From: Vicugna vicugna
Lineage: Eukaryota
Reading direction: 5' to 3'
NCBI GenBank assembly: GCA_013265495.1
Contig: MU058059.1
Coordinates: 930,001 to 994,000 of the forward strand
DNA: 64,000 nucleotides
Below are positions 10,203-22,811 of this stretch, piece by piece. The number at the start of each line of letters is the position of its first letter. Positions within the stretch are counted from its first letter, which is position 1. Under the pieces are notes generated by a model that was not told the origin of the DNA, did no database searches, and saw only the letters and a list, made by a program, of their open reading frames with translations. The position numbers and the translations under genes are program-made.

Positions 10203-11599
10203 TGTAAGATCAGAGGCCAGGAGAACACATTTTCCTATTTTTCAGCATGCATAGTTTACATGATACTCCATCAGCCACCCAACTTTTCAAGGTGAAATGT
10301 CTGACAATCTCAGTAATATATTTTAACATGATTATGGCAGACACTCGATAATGTTTTATTTTCTGAAGATGGGATACACCAGGCCACCAGAGGGCAATCA
10401 CCCTAAACAGTAAAGGCTTTCCAAAAGAGCACAAAACCTCCGGACCACTGCTGTGATCAACAGCAAAAGCAGTTTATGTGGCAAAAGCCTAAGGGGAGGG
10501 GTTCTATGCAAGGCAGGTGCGCTCTAACCATGCTCGGCTCTACTTCTAATGTGTTGAGGGGGGCTGGGCAGGGGAGACAGGGAGACACATCTCAGTGCTC
10601 TCAATGCAGTTGTCTTCCCGTGTTTCTGTCCTTCTGATTCTCCTATGCAGCCATGGTCGTGAAACTCACCACCGCCCAAGGGACCCGGGCAATCGACAAG
10701 CCAGGGGACCGTGGACTCAGACTAAAGCATCCTGCCCGCATCCACCCTTCATCTCACATGCACCGCACGCTACGCTCAGGCGGGGGTCTAAGAAGCTGAC
10801 TCCCTGCTGCAAGAAGCGGGGAAGATTCTCTCGCTGCCCTCCTCCTCAGACACACAAGGATGCGAGCCCGCCCAGCCCTTCCTGAATGTTTCTCTCTCTC
10901 TCTGCTTTGTATTCATTTCTTCCAACCTCTTCAGAGCCTTTGCGCCATTAATAATCATTCTCACTCATTCTTCTCGGGCTGTACATACGGTTGTAAAAAA
11001 AAAAAAAAAAAAGGAGGGGAGGAGGGACAACGTTCTCTGAGGTTGCTTCTGCCGACCCGGGCTCCCGACACGCACGTCACTGCCCGGTATCAGGAAGGGA
11101 AGCCTCCGCCACCCCCTCCTCCCCTCACCGCAACCTGCCAGCTGCCCTGACTACTTCCTGAACCAGTGTCACAACTGGGCCTGACCGTCAAGCTCAACGC
11201 ACTTAGTTCTCACCACCAGCGCCTCCTCTGTGACGTCGGGCGCCGCTGGGTAACCTCGTCCCCGAATCTCCTCCCTCGTCGTCCACGACTGTATCCCTTT
11301 TCCTCTCCGGCTGGTTTTCCTGAGCTGCCGATGCTCCTTTCCTGCCCTCCCCTCCCTCAGAAAGAGGTTTTGTTTTAGGGTCTTTCTCCCCACTTCTAAC
11401 TTCCCTTGTTCTTTGGTAATTTATTCCCTGCCCAAAGCGTTGAATAAAACGTGGAGGACTCTGTTCAAGTCCTATGCTTCTTACTACGCAAGAATCACCC
11501 CCAGAAATCTGTCCCCACAGGAATTTCAATGCTTTTTTTTCTGAGATTCTCCCCGATTTCTTACCTAATAACACCATTGCCATAGACTTCTCTCATGCA

Positions 11600-12085
11600 G
11601 ACCCCAAACCTCTGATTCTCCTGCACTCTTTTCCTGCCTTTTTTGCCCTCCCCCTCCTTGTCTCCAGGACCTACTGCTTCTGCTGTGAAACCTCTCTCTC
11701 CATTTGCTCCTTCCAGTCTATTCCCACAGCCTCTGCCCTAGTTTGGGTCTCACCACGTCACACTATCAAGTTGCTGCATTGCATTCCAAAATATCCACCT
11801 GGCATGTCACAGCCCAGTTACAAAGCTCCCATGGCTCCCTACGCTCTGCCAACGCCCTGGTCCGACGCTCCCTTCAACCTCTCCCAACACGATGCTCATC
11901 CCACGCCTACGCAATATTATCACATCTGTATCCTGATGCAATTCCACGTGTGCGGGTCTGTTTCTGTGCTGAACAGAAAGTCCCTATAGGACAGGAACGA
12001 GGTCATAATTATCCTCTTATTTTCAATGCCCAACAGTGCCTGGCAATAAACAGATGCTCACTTAACACATGTTTAATAAATCGAA
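11600..12085 (+). mobile_element. Degenerate L2 3' region
   Basis: Ends in cccaacagtgcctggcaataaacagatgctca...tgtttaataaat, an L2-type terminus. Boundaries approximate. Confidence 0.55.
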
Positions 12086-12284
12086 TATAAAAATGATTAT
12101 AAGTCAATAAAAATTGTTAAAAAAATCGAATATAAATTTTTATAAGTGTAACAGGCAATCTTTAGGAAATATAAAAAATGAATTTCAGGTATTTACATGA
12201 AAAGCTGGCAGATCATTTTGGTCTTCAAAGACAAGTTTGATTTTATATTTACATTACTTTATAGTCTAACTTTTAAAACTTTCT

Positions 12285-12515
12285 TGTATTGAGATGTAAC
12301 TGACATGTAACATTATATTAGTTCAGATGTACAGCATGATTTGACACTTTTTTATTTTGTGAAATGACCACCACGATAAGGCTAGTTAATACCCATTACC
12401 ACATGCAGTTCAGAATTCTTTTTCTATGAGAACTTTTAAGATCTACTCTCTTAGCAACTTCAAACGTACAATACAGTGTTATTAACTGTAGTCACCATGC
12501 TATGCATCACATCCC
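12285..12515 (-). mobile_element. Older L1 (L1MA-like) 3' end
   Basis: attgagatgtaactgacatgtaacattatattag...taagatctactctcttagcaactt...attaactgtagtcaccatgct. Confidence 0.75.
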
Positions 12516-13363
12516 ATACAGTCTGATTTTTTTAAACTGGCATTTCCCACCAGTGGAGAGGTTGATTTTGAAGACAGGAGAGAATCCTATATTGCACCAG
12601 AAATGTTCAGAAACATCAATGAGCTATAATCTTGGAGTTTTGGCAGCCTCCCTTATATTAACGACACTAATTAGAAACTGCACATATTCATTAATTATCT
12701 ATTACATAGACAAGAGCAGATATTCACTATGGACTATGTCACACCACTATAGAAGAAAAGTTGATCATGGATGCTTTTGCCTAAGGAGCAAGGATTAGTT
12801 AACAATTTTGATCCTTTCATTAGTCTCTCTGATTGAAAAAAAAAGGGAGAAATAGTTCAGGCTGTGGAACACTTGCATAATTTACACCTGGCATCACTCG
12901 TTCTAATCTTCCTTGTACCTTGATGCTCACTGTGTCTAAGCTACTCCCTTTAGGGTGCTACCAGATTTGGAGGACAGAGAGGGGACATGGAGACAGAGAA
13001 ACAGGACAGACAGGAAGGAGTCTGTTCTTCACTCACAAAGAGGTTTAGCAACTAGGAGTGTCTGATGCCACCACTTGAAAAATACAAAACATTACTCATG
13101 AATCTTGATTTTACATTAAAATACATCAAAAGGAAAACCTTTCAATTAATGTATGCAGTGGGGGAAATTAGAACAAAACAGTAAAACAGAGGAGAACGTT
13201 TTATTACCGTTTGCTGGACAAACCCACAAGAGATTCCCTTAGGCACTTGGACGTGACTCCTTACGTCCTGCCAGGGTCGCGACTTGGGAACAGGTGACTT
13301 AGATTCTTCTTTGCTCTCAGGTAACTTTCCTCCCAATGTGCATGCACATCGGGGTCTATTTAC

Positions 13364-13516
13364 CTCTCCTGGCCGGATCTTAATGTAGAAGTTGTTCCGC
13401 TTGTATGAGATTTTCAGAACCTTCGGCCAAGCGAACCTGTTGATGCGCAGCCGGTCGCGATAAATCAGCAAACCGCTCGCACAAACTCCTAACATGATTT
13501 CGACTCCTTCGGAATC
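13364..13516 (-). CDS. EPB41L3: EPB41L3 exon 9 (153 nt) [51 protein letters not shown]
   Basis: ttccag| acceptor, GAG|gtaaat donor, phase 0-0; FERM C-lobe. Confidence 0.97.
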
Positions 13517-13889
13517 CTGGAAAACAGCAGCAACAAACTCCGGGTGAGAATCTTCCCTATGCCACCTACGGCCGGCCAGCCGGGTGCACTGGTCAAGCCT
13601 CTGTGTTAGAACCAACAACTGACCCCCTGCAGCTCTGATTTAAACATGAAAAGTGATGTGGCCATTTTTTCCAACAGCACCGCTAAGTAATAGCGTTTTG
13701 ATGAAGACACATGTCACTACGGAGACTTGCTAGCGTGAGCTCCGCTCGGCCAGGTGTCCTGGACCCACCAGGGAAACACTGCGCACGGAGAAGGCCCGCC
13801 GGGGGCAGCGGGTCAGTGCTGGTTCCGGCTGGGAGCCTGGGCTCACCTCCCTGAGGGCCGGGCGTCGCTCTGGCCACTTCACATATATT

Positions 13890-14020
13890 ATTCACCGTCC
13901 CCATGATTATTTTGAGATGGCCGCTGTTATTATCCCCATTGTACAGGCAAGAAAACTGAGAGGCGACGTGTCCCAGGTGAGCACAAACGGCCTGGTTCCA
14001 GAGGCAGGACTTTGAACCAA
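13890..14020 (-). mobile_element. MIR SINE relic
   Basis: MIR core tgttattatccccattgtacagg..agaaaactgagag...ggactttgaacc. Confidence 0.6.
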
Positions 14021-15265
14021 CATGTACACATACAGAGAGGCCTCGTCCTCTCCTGCTCAGTGTTTTGGGACTTGTTCCTTTAAAAATAGCCTTTGTTTTT
14101 TTAATATCCCATTATTGTCGGAGTAAAATTTGAGTATCAAATAGTCTTTTTGAAATATGAGTGTACTCCTCAACAGGTCCCAAGACACACACACTGCCCA
14201 GTGGCACGCACCCTTAGTGATGGGGCTCACGCACACAAACACAGATGCAGTCTATAAATGCGCATACTTTCTAAACAAAACAAAACGGGTCCTGCTACGT
14301 CTGCAACCTGCTTTTGCTACCTGCACATTTCATCTGTCGCTCATTTCTTAGGGGTGAGTGATTAGAGGTCCCAGATGTCTTCAGAGATGTTCTACAAAGC
14401 TCACGAGACACGCCACAAGCAGTCTACGGCCCTGAGTGTTGTGATCGGGGGTAATCAGGGTAAAGTGAACCTCTGGGGCGGCTGAGTGGAGAGAAAACCA
14501 AGGACAGGAGGCAGGGCCGTGTGAGGTGCGGTCCCCACTCCACCTCTCACTGGCTGTTGGAAGCAGGGGCACGTGGGAGCGAAGCTGAGGTCTCTGCCAC
14601 ATTCAGCGGCAGGGCTGTCCCCTCCCTGAGTCTCTGTTGCATCAGCAGAGGTGGGAGGGGTGCAGGGAAGAATTCAAATAGGGGATACTGACTCATTTGT
14701 GCTGGAGGAATTCACTTCCCGAACCCTGTCAGTGCAAAGCACGGGATGAACGTTTCCAGGATCGAAAACAGACACCTTGGTCCATCTCTGGGAAATGTAA
14801 GATTACAAATACAATCTAATTGACTTAAAATGAAACATTCTTCCTTGGAAACGCATCACCCCATCAGACATGAAATTACAGAGTGCTTGATGGCAGGATA
14901 TTACAAGGTAATTAAGTTTGAGGAGACGGCAAAGACCAGGAACTGCCCACCATTTCTCAAGGGCTTTAACCTGAAAGACTTTAACCTGATGTTGGACGGA
15001 GCTGGCAGGATGGACCCTTAGGTCTAGCCCCCTTGCTCTCAGGACCGCACAGGTGAGCCCCCGGGACACGGGCAGAATCGCCTGCAGGAGGGGGGCTGCT
15101 GGAGTGACTCCTCCTTGATTCGCTTTCTTTGTGATGAAGAGAGGACAGCAGTGCGGGAGACGGGCCTCTGGCCGAGGGAGGAAAAGGACATTTGCAACTC
15201 TTCCCACTATTATCTGTTTTCAATAATTTTTTTGTTAGTATTATGTAATCTATTCTAGCTCATTT

Positions 15266-15347
15266 CTTTTTAATGGAGGGACCAGGGATGAACCCAGGAC
15301 CTCGTGCAAGCTAAGCACTCGTCCCACCACTGAGCTCTGCCCGCCCC
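15266..15347 (-). mobile_element. Camelid-type tRNA-derived SINE (short form)
   Basis: The reverse complement reads gggcagagctcagtgg...gcttagcttgcacgaggtcctgggttcatccctggtccctccattaaaaa. Confidence 0.8.
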
Positions 15348-17993
15348 ACCATTATCTATTTTAAGATCACTCATTAGTGTCTTTGAATCACAAGAGAATG
15401 GAATCCCTCCACGAGAAAGACCAGGAAGGCTCCTTCGGGGCCTCCGACGCACACTCCTCTGTCTTGGCATCAGTGTTACCACTGGCGCACGCCGAGCCAA
15501 CAGTGCCGAAGTGAACCCCCACTCCCCTCCCTTGTCCTGCAGCTCCCGCTGGTGGAGAGCGGGCTCTGCTCATCTTGGGAACCACACGGTCAGCACAGGG
15601 CCTGCCCGGCAGTGTTAAGCCATTATGTGTTTGTCGGAAGAAAAGGCAAATGGAGGAGGAAGATGGCAGGAATAAGCGAGGTTTAAAACTGGATGCGTGT
15701 TTGGCATAGCAGACAGGAAAAGGACACTGTGGATACCAAGGCTCTCCCGCAGCCCGCAGCACCGAGGCAGCCCGCTAGGTCTTTTGTACAGCCAGCCAGA
15801 GCCACGGTCCTCCTTGGTGACACACGGTTTCCTATCAACACGCACAGTTCACGCGCCCTTCAGCAGGGATCTCTGAAGGAGCCCTGGAAAATCTCAGCCT
15901 GGCGTAATCAAAATAAACGAGTGTCTGACTCGCTTAACTTAACACCACAGTTCCAGCTCTGCCGCCTGCCTCGTCTCCTGGTCCGTGGGACAACCTCCGG
16001 GATGGATTTGTATCTACACTTCAGAATCTCACATGAAAGAAATGGCTCTGGCACAGCCTACTCAGAGTGACATTAAATGACAAACACGCAGAGACAGGCT
16101 TCCTATGGATAAAAAACAAAGCGTGAGGGATAGGGTTTCCACAACACGGGACCTTCATCTAAGATGGGTGTTCATCTTTCTACAGAGCCCGCGGAGTCCA
16201 GGATCACCATTCAGAATTTCCAGATAGGTCCTAAAGCTCGGTGCCTTCCACATCATCAGGCAAGACAAGCGTCTCACTTATAACTGGAAATTTGCTCTGA
16301 TTTAATTCAATAAAATGTCCTTCTTGCTATGACTGAGGGCGGCTCCGTGAGTGAACGGAGTCCAGAATCAAATCGTCCGTTACACTCAGTAGTTGGATGA
16401 AATCCTGTACCAGGCTGCACTGGCACCTCCTTAATTCCCTTTCTTTTTTTTTAATTGGCAGAATTTCAGATCACCTTATGGGATGAAAAAGCAGCCCTCC
16501 ATTTTAATTTGGCGGCTGCAGCCACGTTACGTGATTCCGTTTTTACCTACAGGAACGCGGATCCGTCCCGAGTTCCCCGAGTTCCCGTTCTCCTCAATGG
16601 AGGCCCTAGTACTTCATTTATTTATTTTTCCCAGAGCAGTGAGTGAGTCACTGTGTGCCATGTAACGACAAACAGCTTTGGATTCACTCAAATTTCCAGG
16701 CTTCCGTCACTTCCTTCTCATTTCCTTATCTTTTAGCCACGTGGGGAAAAACTCTAAGAGGAACAGTCTGAGTGCGTGTCCTTATTCGCTTTTTAGATCC
16801 TCACCCACCTTACAGCTGGCATCCACCGTAAAGCATTTTATCTGAGTGCAAAGGCAGTGAAAATGTAGAATAATTAACCAGCAAGTAAACAGAGCTACAC
16901 CTGCTGCTGGAATCGCACACAGACGTGAGGGGCTCGGGCCTCACACACTCGCGCGTTCCCGGGGGAAGCTCCGGCCGGGTCTCATCTCTCGTGATGCACA
17001 AAATGACCCAACAGACCTGTGTTCCATAACCAGTCAGATAACTGGTTCATTTGACCCTCGCCGTTCTCTTGACCAAACTCACGGTGGGTCAGTTGGCTTC
17101 CCCAAATCCAACCGGGGAGCGGCTCCACCTGCAGCATCAACAGACCCTGCAGATCACGGACAGCTCCCTCCCCCCGCCCAGGGTCCCCATGGAGGCTGAG
17201 ATGTTTGCCTGGACAGAGCCGGCTGAAGCCCCCTTCATTTCCTGGCCCCAAGCCTGACCGTGGAAGACACTCGCTGGCCTGGGAGCCTGTTAACTGCATG
17301 TTCCCCGGGGTCCTGAAAGTGCGATTGTGACCACTGTGTCCCTCCGAAGTAAAGGCACCTTCCCACACAAGAACGACGGCGCCCTGTCTGCCCTGATCAG
17401 AAGGATGTGCCCCGAGCTTCAAAACACTGATCTTTCCAACTCTCCTGAAGTACAGAACCCACCCCTAAGACCCTAACAAATTCCTTCTGTTTAGATGATA
17501 AATGTTTTCAGGAAAGCTTGCCTGCATATCCACAGTGCTTGTAGTCAAGCTGTTCAAAGGACAGCTTAACGGTCCATACGCTCACTCTCCCAAGGTGGAG
17601 AAACAGAGATTCTGGAAGCAGGACACGGAGTAAAGGCTGCCGATGTGATCCTCATTCTCACCGCCTTACCCCTCCTACAGTCCGGGTCCAACCGCTCTCT
17701 CCCTGAGACTCTGAAGCCAAGACACAGCCTCAACGAGTCACCCATCCACCAAGCCATCTTAGCCTGGCTGGTTGATTTCAACTGCACTCCAGAATAGCAA
17801 TCTTATTTCAGAGTACTGATTACGTGTCACGGTGCCTAAACTTCGGAGAGAGAGTTTTTTTAATTTAACTTGCGTTTCCCGAGTGCCCGGTGGGCGTCCA
17901 GAGCAGAGGCACCAACGGTACTTGGCACGTAACACTTGTGACAACTGGGTCCTGGACACTCAAACAAAACGAGACAGAGAAGTCAGGAGTTTA

Positions 17994-18164
<171 letters not shown>

Positions 18165-18339
18165 TTAGCTCTCCTGCTAATAAGCAAGCTCGCTCAGAGA
18201 CACCAAGGATTTGCACTCTTGGGGGGATGTGGGGGTGGGGGGGCTGGAGAATAACAGGAAAAACGGCTTTTAAAGGCAACATCACAAAGGGACGCCCTGA
18301 GAGAGAGCGTAACCACCCAGAGCTGCAGTCCGTCCCTAA

Positions 18340-18780
18340 TGCACAGACGTCAGTCCCGGGAAAGGCAGGCGGGGCGGGGGCCGCTACCCGGCCGGGCACA
18401 GCTTCAGCGGGGCTCTGGCTCCGACCTGTGGCTCTTGTGCAGCTCGATCACTTTGTCCTCCAGCTCCTTCGTGTGGTTCGGCGCGAAGTGGAACTCGCTG
18501 ATGTAGTCGCTCCCGCACTCCTCCGGGTCGTAGTCGCCCAGCTCTGACTGCACCGTGTAGGAGCCCAGCAGGGCGAGGGTGACAAAGGAGCAGGGCAGCC
18601 TTCCGGACACGATGTCGTCCCGCAGCTGCAAGCAGAGGTAGTACCTTCCGGGCGCCAAGAGCACGGAGCGGGAAGCGGGGTCAGGACGCGTGAGAAGGCG
18701 CGTGAGAAGGCGCCCGCCCAGCACCAAGGGTGCCGCGAGATCCGCCTCCCCGCAGGGCAACCCCCGGGACACCTTTCCTG
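18340..18780. promoter_or_regulatory. Intragenic CpG-rich island spanning exon 7
   Basis: Dense CpG in the exon and both intronic flanks; GC-box GGGGCGGGG near 18371. Confidence 0.6.
18426..18644 (-). CDS. EPB41L3: EPB41L3 exon 7 (219 nt) [19 protein letters not shown]...VIELHKSHR
   Basis: FERM central lobe; ggaag| acceptor, CAG|gtcgga donor, phase 2-2. Confidence 0.96.
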
Positions 18781-20633
18781 GCATCTATCTTTGGATCTAG
18801 ATTCACGGGGAAGATACGTGACTACAAAGTGTAATATCTAGAGGTGAGTTAATGTTCACAGTAGTTTTACTGACCAAGCACAGAGTAAAAGAAACCTAAA
18901 CACATATTCCTCTAACATTAAGACACTATTTAAAGTCAAACAAAATCTCTGGTGGAGGGAATCATAATATAAAAATGGTGCTCTTAAATATAATTCTTAG
19001 GCCCCAACTAGCCTAAAGGAAGCCTCCTCCGGATGTCCAGATGCACGTCCTGCCGCGGGACCAAAGCCTGTTTCAGGCAACGCACCGCCTGCACTGCCGT
19101 GAACGCTGCTCGCCTTCCTGCATTCCGGGTGACCTGGTCTCTTTATAATAATGAACTTTCTCCTGTTCAAGTTCTCATTGCTTTATTTAGATAACTTCCT
19201 AGACTTGAAAGGATCTGAAGACTAACTTTGGAGAATGACTGCCTTAAAATCTGAGTATCTCATTGCTGTAAGTAAACAGTTTTAAATTGGGGGAATATAA
19301 AACATTTTCCCTATAATTTTGCCAATATCACACAAATATCACCATTAACAGCTGACTTTTATCTTCTCTCTTATTTTGCTTCTAAGGGTTACAGATGTAA
19401 TACTAACTCAGAAGACTCCCAGGTAGGTGTGAACACTGACGCGTCTTAGTAATACTCTGCATGGCCCAGGATCTAAGTATAACAATAACATACACTTGGG
19501 ACCTTTCATATAAGAAGTGAACTGTTCATCTGTTGAAGCAGAGAATAAAGTCTTAAAGCCCCCTCTAAATATGGGGCCTAGAAATTTTAAGCTGATAATA
19601 CAAGCATCCAGATACAAAAACTTCTACACACTTCACAGGCTCTACAAACATGACACTAATCGAAAGGCGCTGGATTCCGAACTCAGGCACTGACAGGCTC
19701 TCTACCGTGAATTAGCCACTGTTAAATTGTTCCTCAACGTGACTAAGAAGTATCTTTGAATGAGAAGTTACAAATTGCATTTATATTTAATGCAAATGTA
19801 AAGGAAAAAAACTAGCTTTCACCCTTCTCCTAACATGTCTGCTGAAACTATTTTTAATCACAGCAAGTGACTGAATTGAAGCTTTTTGAGTAATTTCTCT
19901 CTCTTGAAAAGCCTGCCAATGAAGGACGTCAGGCCATGCTGCACAAGGTCGCTCTGACTGGCTGTCAACTCGCTCCCAAACCCAGCGAGAAAACCAGGGC
20001 TTCCCAAGGAGGAAGGCCCAGGAGGACATGCAGCGAACCCAGGACAGCCTCGACGTTCAGTCATCACGCCAGAATGCGAGGTTCCTTTCCTGTTGTCTTT
20101 TTCCCCCAAAATGAGTTAACCATTTTGCTTGCATACATAGGTCATGGAAGGTAAACTCTTCAACGAGTACGTGCTCATGTGTATGAGTGTGTGTGCGTGC
20201 ATGCATGTGTGATTTTTTAAAACAGCTATCACCTATCAGATTGGTTATATAAAGGGCATAAGCACCCGAAGACATGTCTTCACTCTAAGTTTTAAAGCAA
20301 GAGCACTAAGAATGGCTGTAGCCCTTAAGGCTGAATCCCAGCCAGCCTGGCGGCAGTGGGTGGACAACACCCCTCAGTTCTGCTGATGCTCAGTTTCCCA
20401 CTGGGTCAGGCAGAGGGAGGTGTCAGCTCAGCACCGAGTCAACTGTGAACGCACATGATCTGGCAACTCTTCCCTTCAGATGCCTGCTCTTACTCAGTTG
20501 CCTCTTGTTTGCCACCTCAGCCTGGGTGACTGATGGTAAGGTTCCCAGCGGTAAGCATGCTCTTCTCGGGAGAATTTAAGAGAAGCATGACCCCCCGATA
20601 TGCCTGCCTTGTTCAGGGCCAACTGTCAGATAC

Positions 20634-20709
20634 CTGGTGATATCTTCAGAGAGCTGGGCGGGGTCTGGTGGGTAAAACTTCACATTGAATGAAAAGTGCC
20701 AAGCACCAC
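20634..20709 (-). CDS. EPB41L3: EPB41L3 exon 6 (76 nt) [26 protein letters not shown]
   Basis: ctctgcag| acceptor, CAG|gtatct donor, phase 1-2; VKFYPPDP motif. Confidence 0.97.
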
Positions 20710-20828
20710 CTGCAGAGAGGAGAGGAAAGTTAGAATAAACACTTGGACGTTCCCTTTACACTTACTTTACTAACCGACAGCTGGAACTGCCCTAGCTTCT
20801 GACACTAACGCAGGCGAGCTTTAAAAAC

Positions 20829-20981
20829 TTTTTTTATTAATTGAAGTGTAGTCGATTCACAATGTTGTGTTGGTCTCTGGTGTGCAGCACATTGACTCAG
20901 TTATATACACACATAGGTATATATTCTTTTCCATTAAGGTTACTACAAGGTACTGAATACAGTTCCCTGTGCTATGCAGCA
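20829..20981 (-). mobile_element. L1 3' end fragment
   Basis: tttttattaattgaagtgtagtcgattcacaatgttgtgtt...agttccctgtgctatgcag. Confidence 0.8.
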
Positions 20982-21418
20982 CCTTCCATCATCAACGGAA
21001 AAGGACGTCTGCCTTCAATGAAACCCGCAGGTAGGTGTGAAAGTTGATCTAGTTTCTCCTCTTTTCTGCAGTCAAATCCTCCTTACTAGCAAGGAAATTG
21101 ACTGGGCTTCCTCCCTTTCTCAGGGACGGAGGAGAGCCTAGGGAAGATGGAAAGAAGTGAACGATACGGACAATCCTCAATCACGAGTCTGGAGATCATC
21201 GGAATCCACTGCTCTGAAGTTCTGGGACGCGCACATGCCGACACCACAGACGTGATACCACTGCCTCTGTCCTGTCGGCTTTGTTATTACAGGTCAAATC
21301 CCATAATAAGGCATGTCAAGGGACTGTTCAAGGTATTTTTATTGTATGGGAAAGGTTTGCTGTCATATTAAGAAATGAGCTGCTCTATGGGCTTCGGAAA
21401 GTTCTTACTTGGGGAAAC

Positions 21419-21650
21419 TTTTTTTTAAATTAAAATATAGTCAGTTTACAATGTTAATTTCTGGTGTACAGCATAGTGATTTGTTTTTTTTTTAATTGAG
21501 TTATAGTCAGTTTACAATGTGTCAATTTCTGGTGTAGAGCACACTTTTTCAGCCATACATGAGTACACATGTATTCATTTTCCATTCTTTTTCACCATGA
21601 GCTACCACAAGATCTTGCATGTATTTCCCCGTGTTACACAGTGATCCAGT

Positions 21651-21685
<35 letters not shown>

Positions 21686-21690
21686 ATAGA
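21419..21690 (-). mobile_element. Two nested L1 3' end fragments with a (TA)n expansion
   Basis: The L1 terminus appears twice (21419 and 21481), and the outer copy resumes at about 21641. Confidence 0.75.
21654..21683. repeat. (TA)n microsatellite
   Basis: About 15 uninterrupted dinucleotide units. Confidence 0.9.
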
Positions 21691-22224
21691 ATACCCTGCC
21701 TGGCAGGGACAGCAGCCGCGGTCCTTCTAAGGATCTGTTGTAGGACCAGGCATTACTGGGGGCTTAATGTTATTTCTAAACCACTCAGAGAATATTTCTG
21801 AAACGTGGGCTCTAAGAATTGTAAGGCATAAAATATTTGCCCATCAAATATATTTCTAGTGACTGTTTTCCTCACTGGTCTCCAAAAAGTCCTTTTGTTA
21901 TTCTAAAAATAGTCTGATTTGGTTTTATTTTCCTCTTGATTCTGAGCTACTTCCTGCTAAAACAGAATTGCTGGCCGACGGTGAGGTTCATAATGAGAGC
22001 TGGCTTCCCCCCAAGCAAGTGGAATTAAAACTAATGGATTAGTTATGGGAAGTGGATTTACTGCTCTTTTATAATTTTTATCCACTTCAAAGTGAATCCA
22101 ATGAACACTTCAGCAACGTAATTAAACCACCTCATCATAAATTCGGGTAAATACTCTAAGTTAGAGACTAAGACGTAATGAAAAGTAGAAGAAAGATTAT
22201 TTCAGTGCAAAAATCCTCATTACA

Positions 22225-22410
22225 GGAAAGTGAGTTTCAAACGACAGTGGGCCTCAGGCAGTGTCTGAGGTGCCAGTTAAAAATGCCAATTCCGAGGCTC
22301 CACCCAGAGGCCGTACCCCAAAGATCTGCAACATGGCCCAGGAATTTGCGGCTTCCTCTGAGGTTCTAACAGAGTGGGGCTTGGGGGGCCACGCTTAGAA
22401 AAATCACTGA
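22225..22410. mobile_element. MER5A-like hAT-Charlie DNA transposon
   Basis: ttaaaaatgccaattccgaggctccacccaga...ggcccaggaatttgc...ccacgcttagaaaaatcactg. Confidence 0.6.
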
Positions 22411-22811
22411 TCCTAAGGAATCCACTTTCCTCAGGTTATAACCCAAACAATCAGAAGGTTTTACAGGACATGATTTTGCAGGGAAAGTTTAAGGAAAATG
22501 CAATCTACACCATAGTCAAGAAAAAAAAATCCAGTTAAATGAGGCATAAAACTTGAAATGAATGAGAGAGTCAGATTAAAGCTGAAATACGTAGCCCCAT
22601 GAAGAGTTTGCTGGAAACCAACCACCGGGAGGATGTGGTGATGCCAAAAAGAGGCCTGCCAGCCCGTGTCTGCTCAGATGACGGCCCTGCTTAGAGAAAG
22701 GAAATGAAACAGCCTGCCTGTGCACAATGCCATTCTGCAATGCCGATGTCGGATTTTAAGTGACAAATTTATAATAAACAGAAAATTGTCAAACTGAAGA
22801 GAATTCATTCT

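Noticed and set aside
11474..12090. 171-aa and 128-aa plus-strand ORFs
   Set aside because: They overlap a degenerate L2 relic and show no homology that I can recognise.
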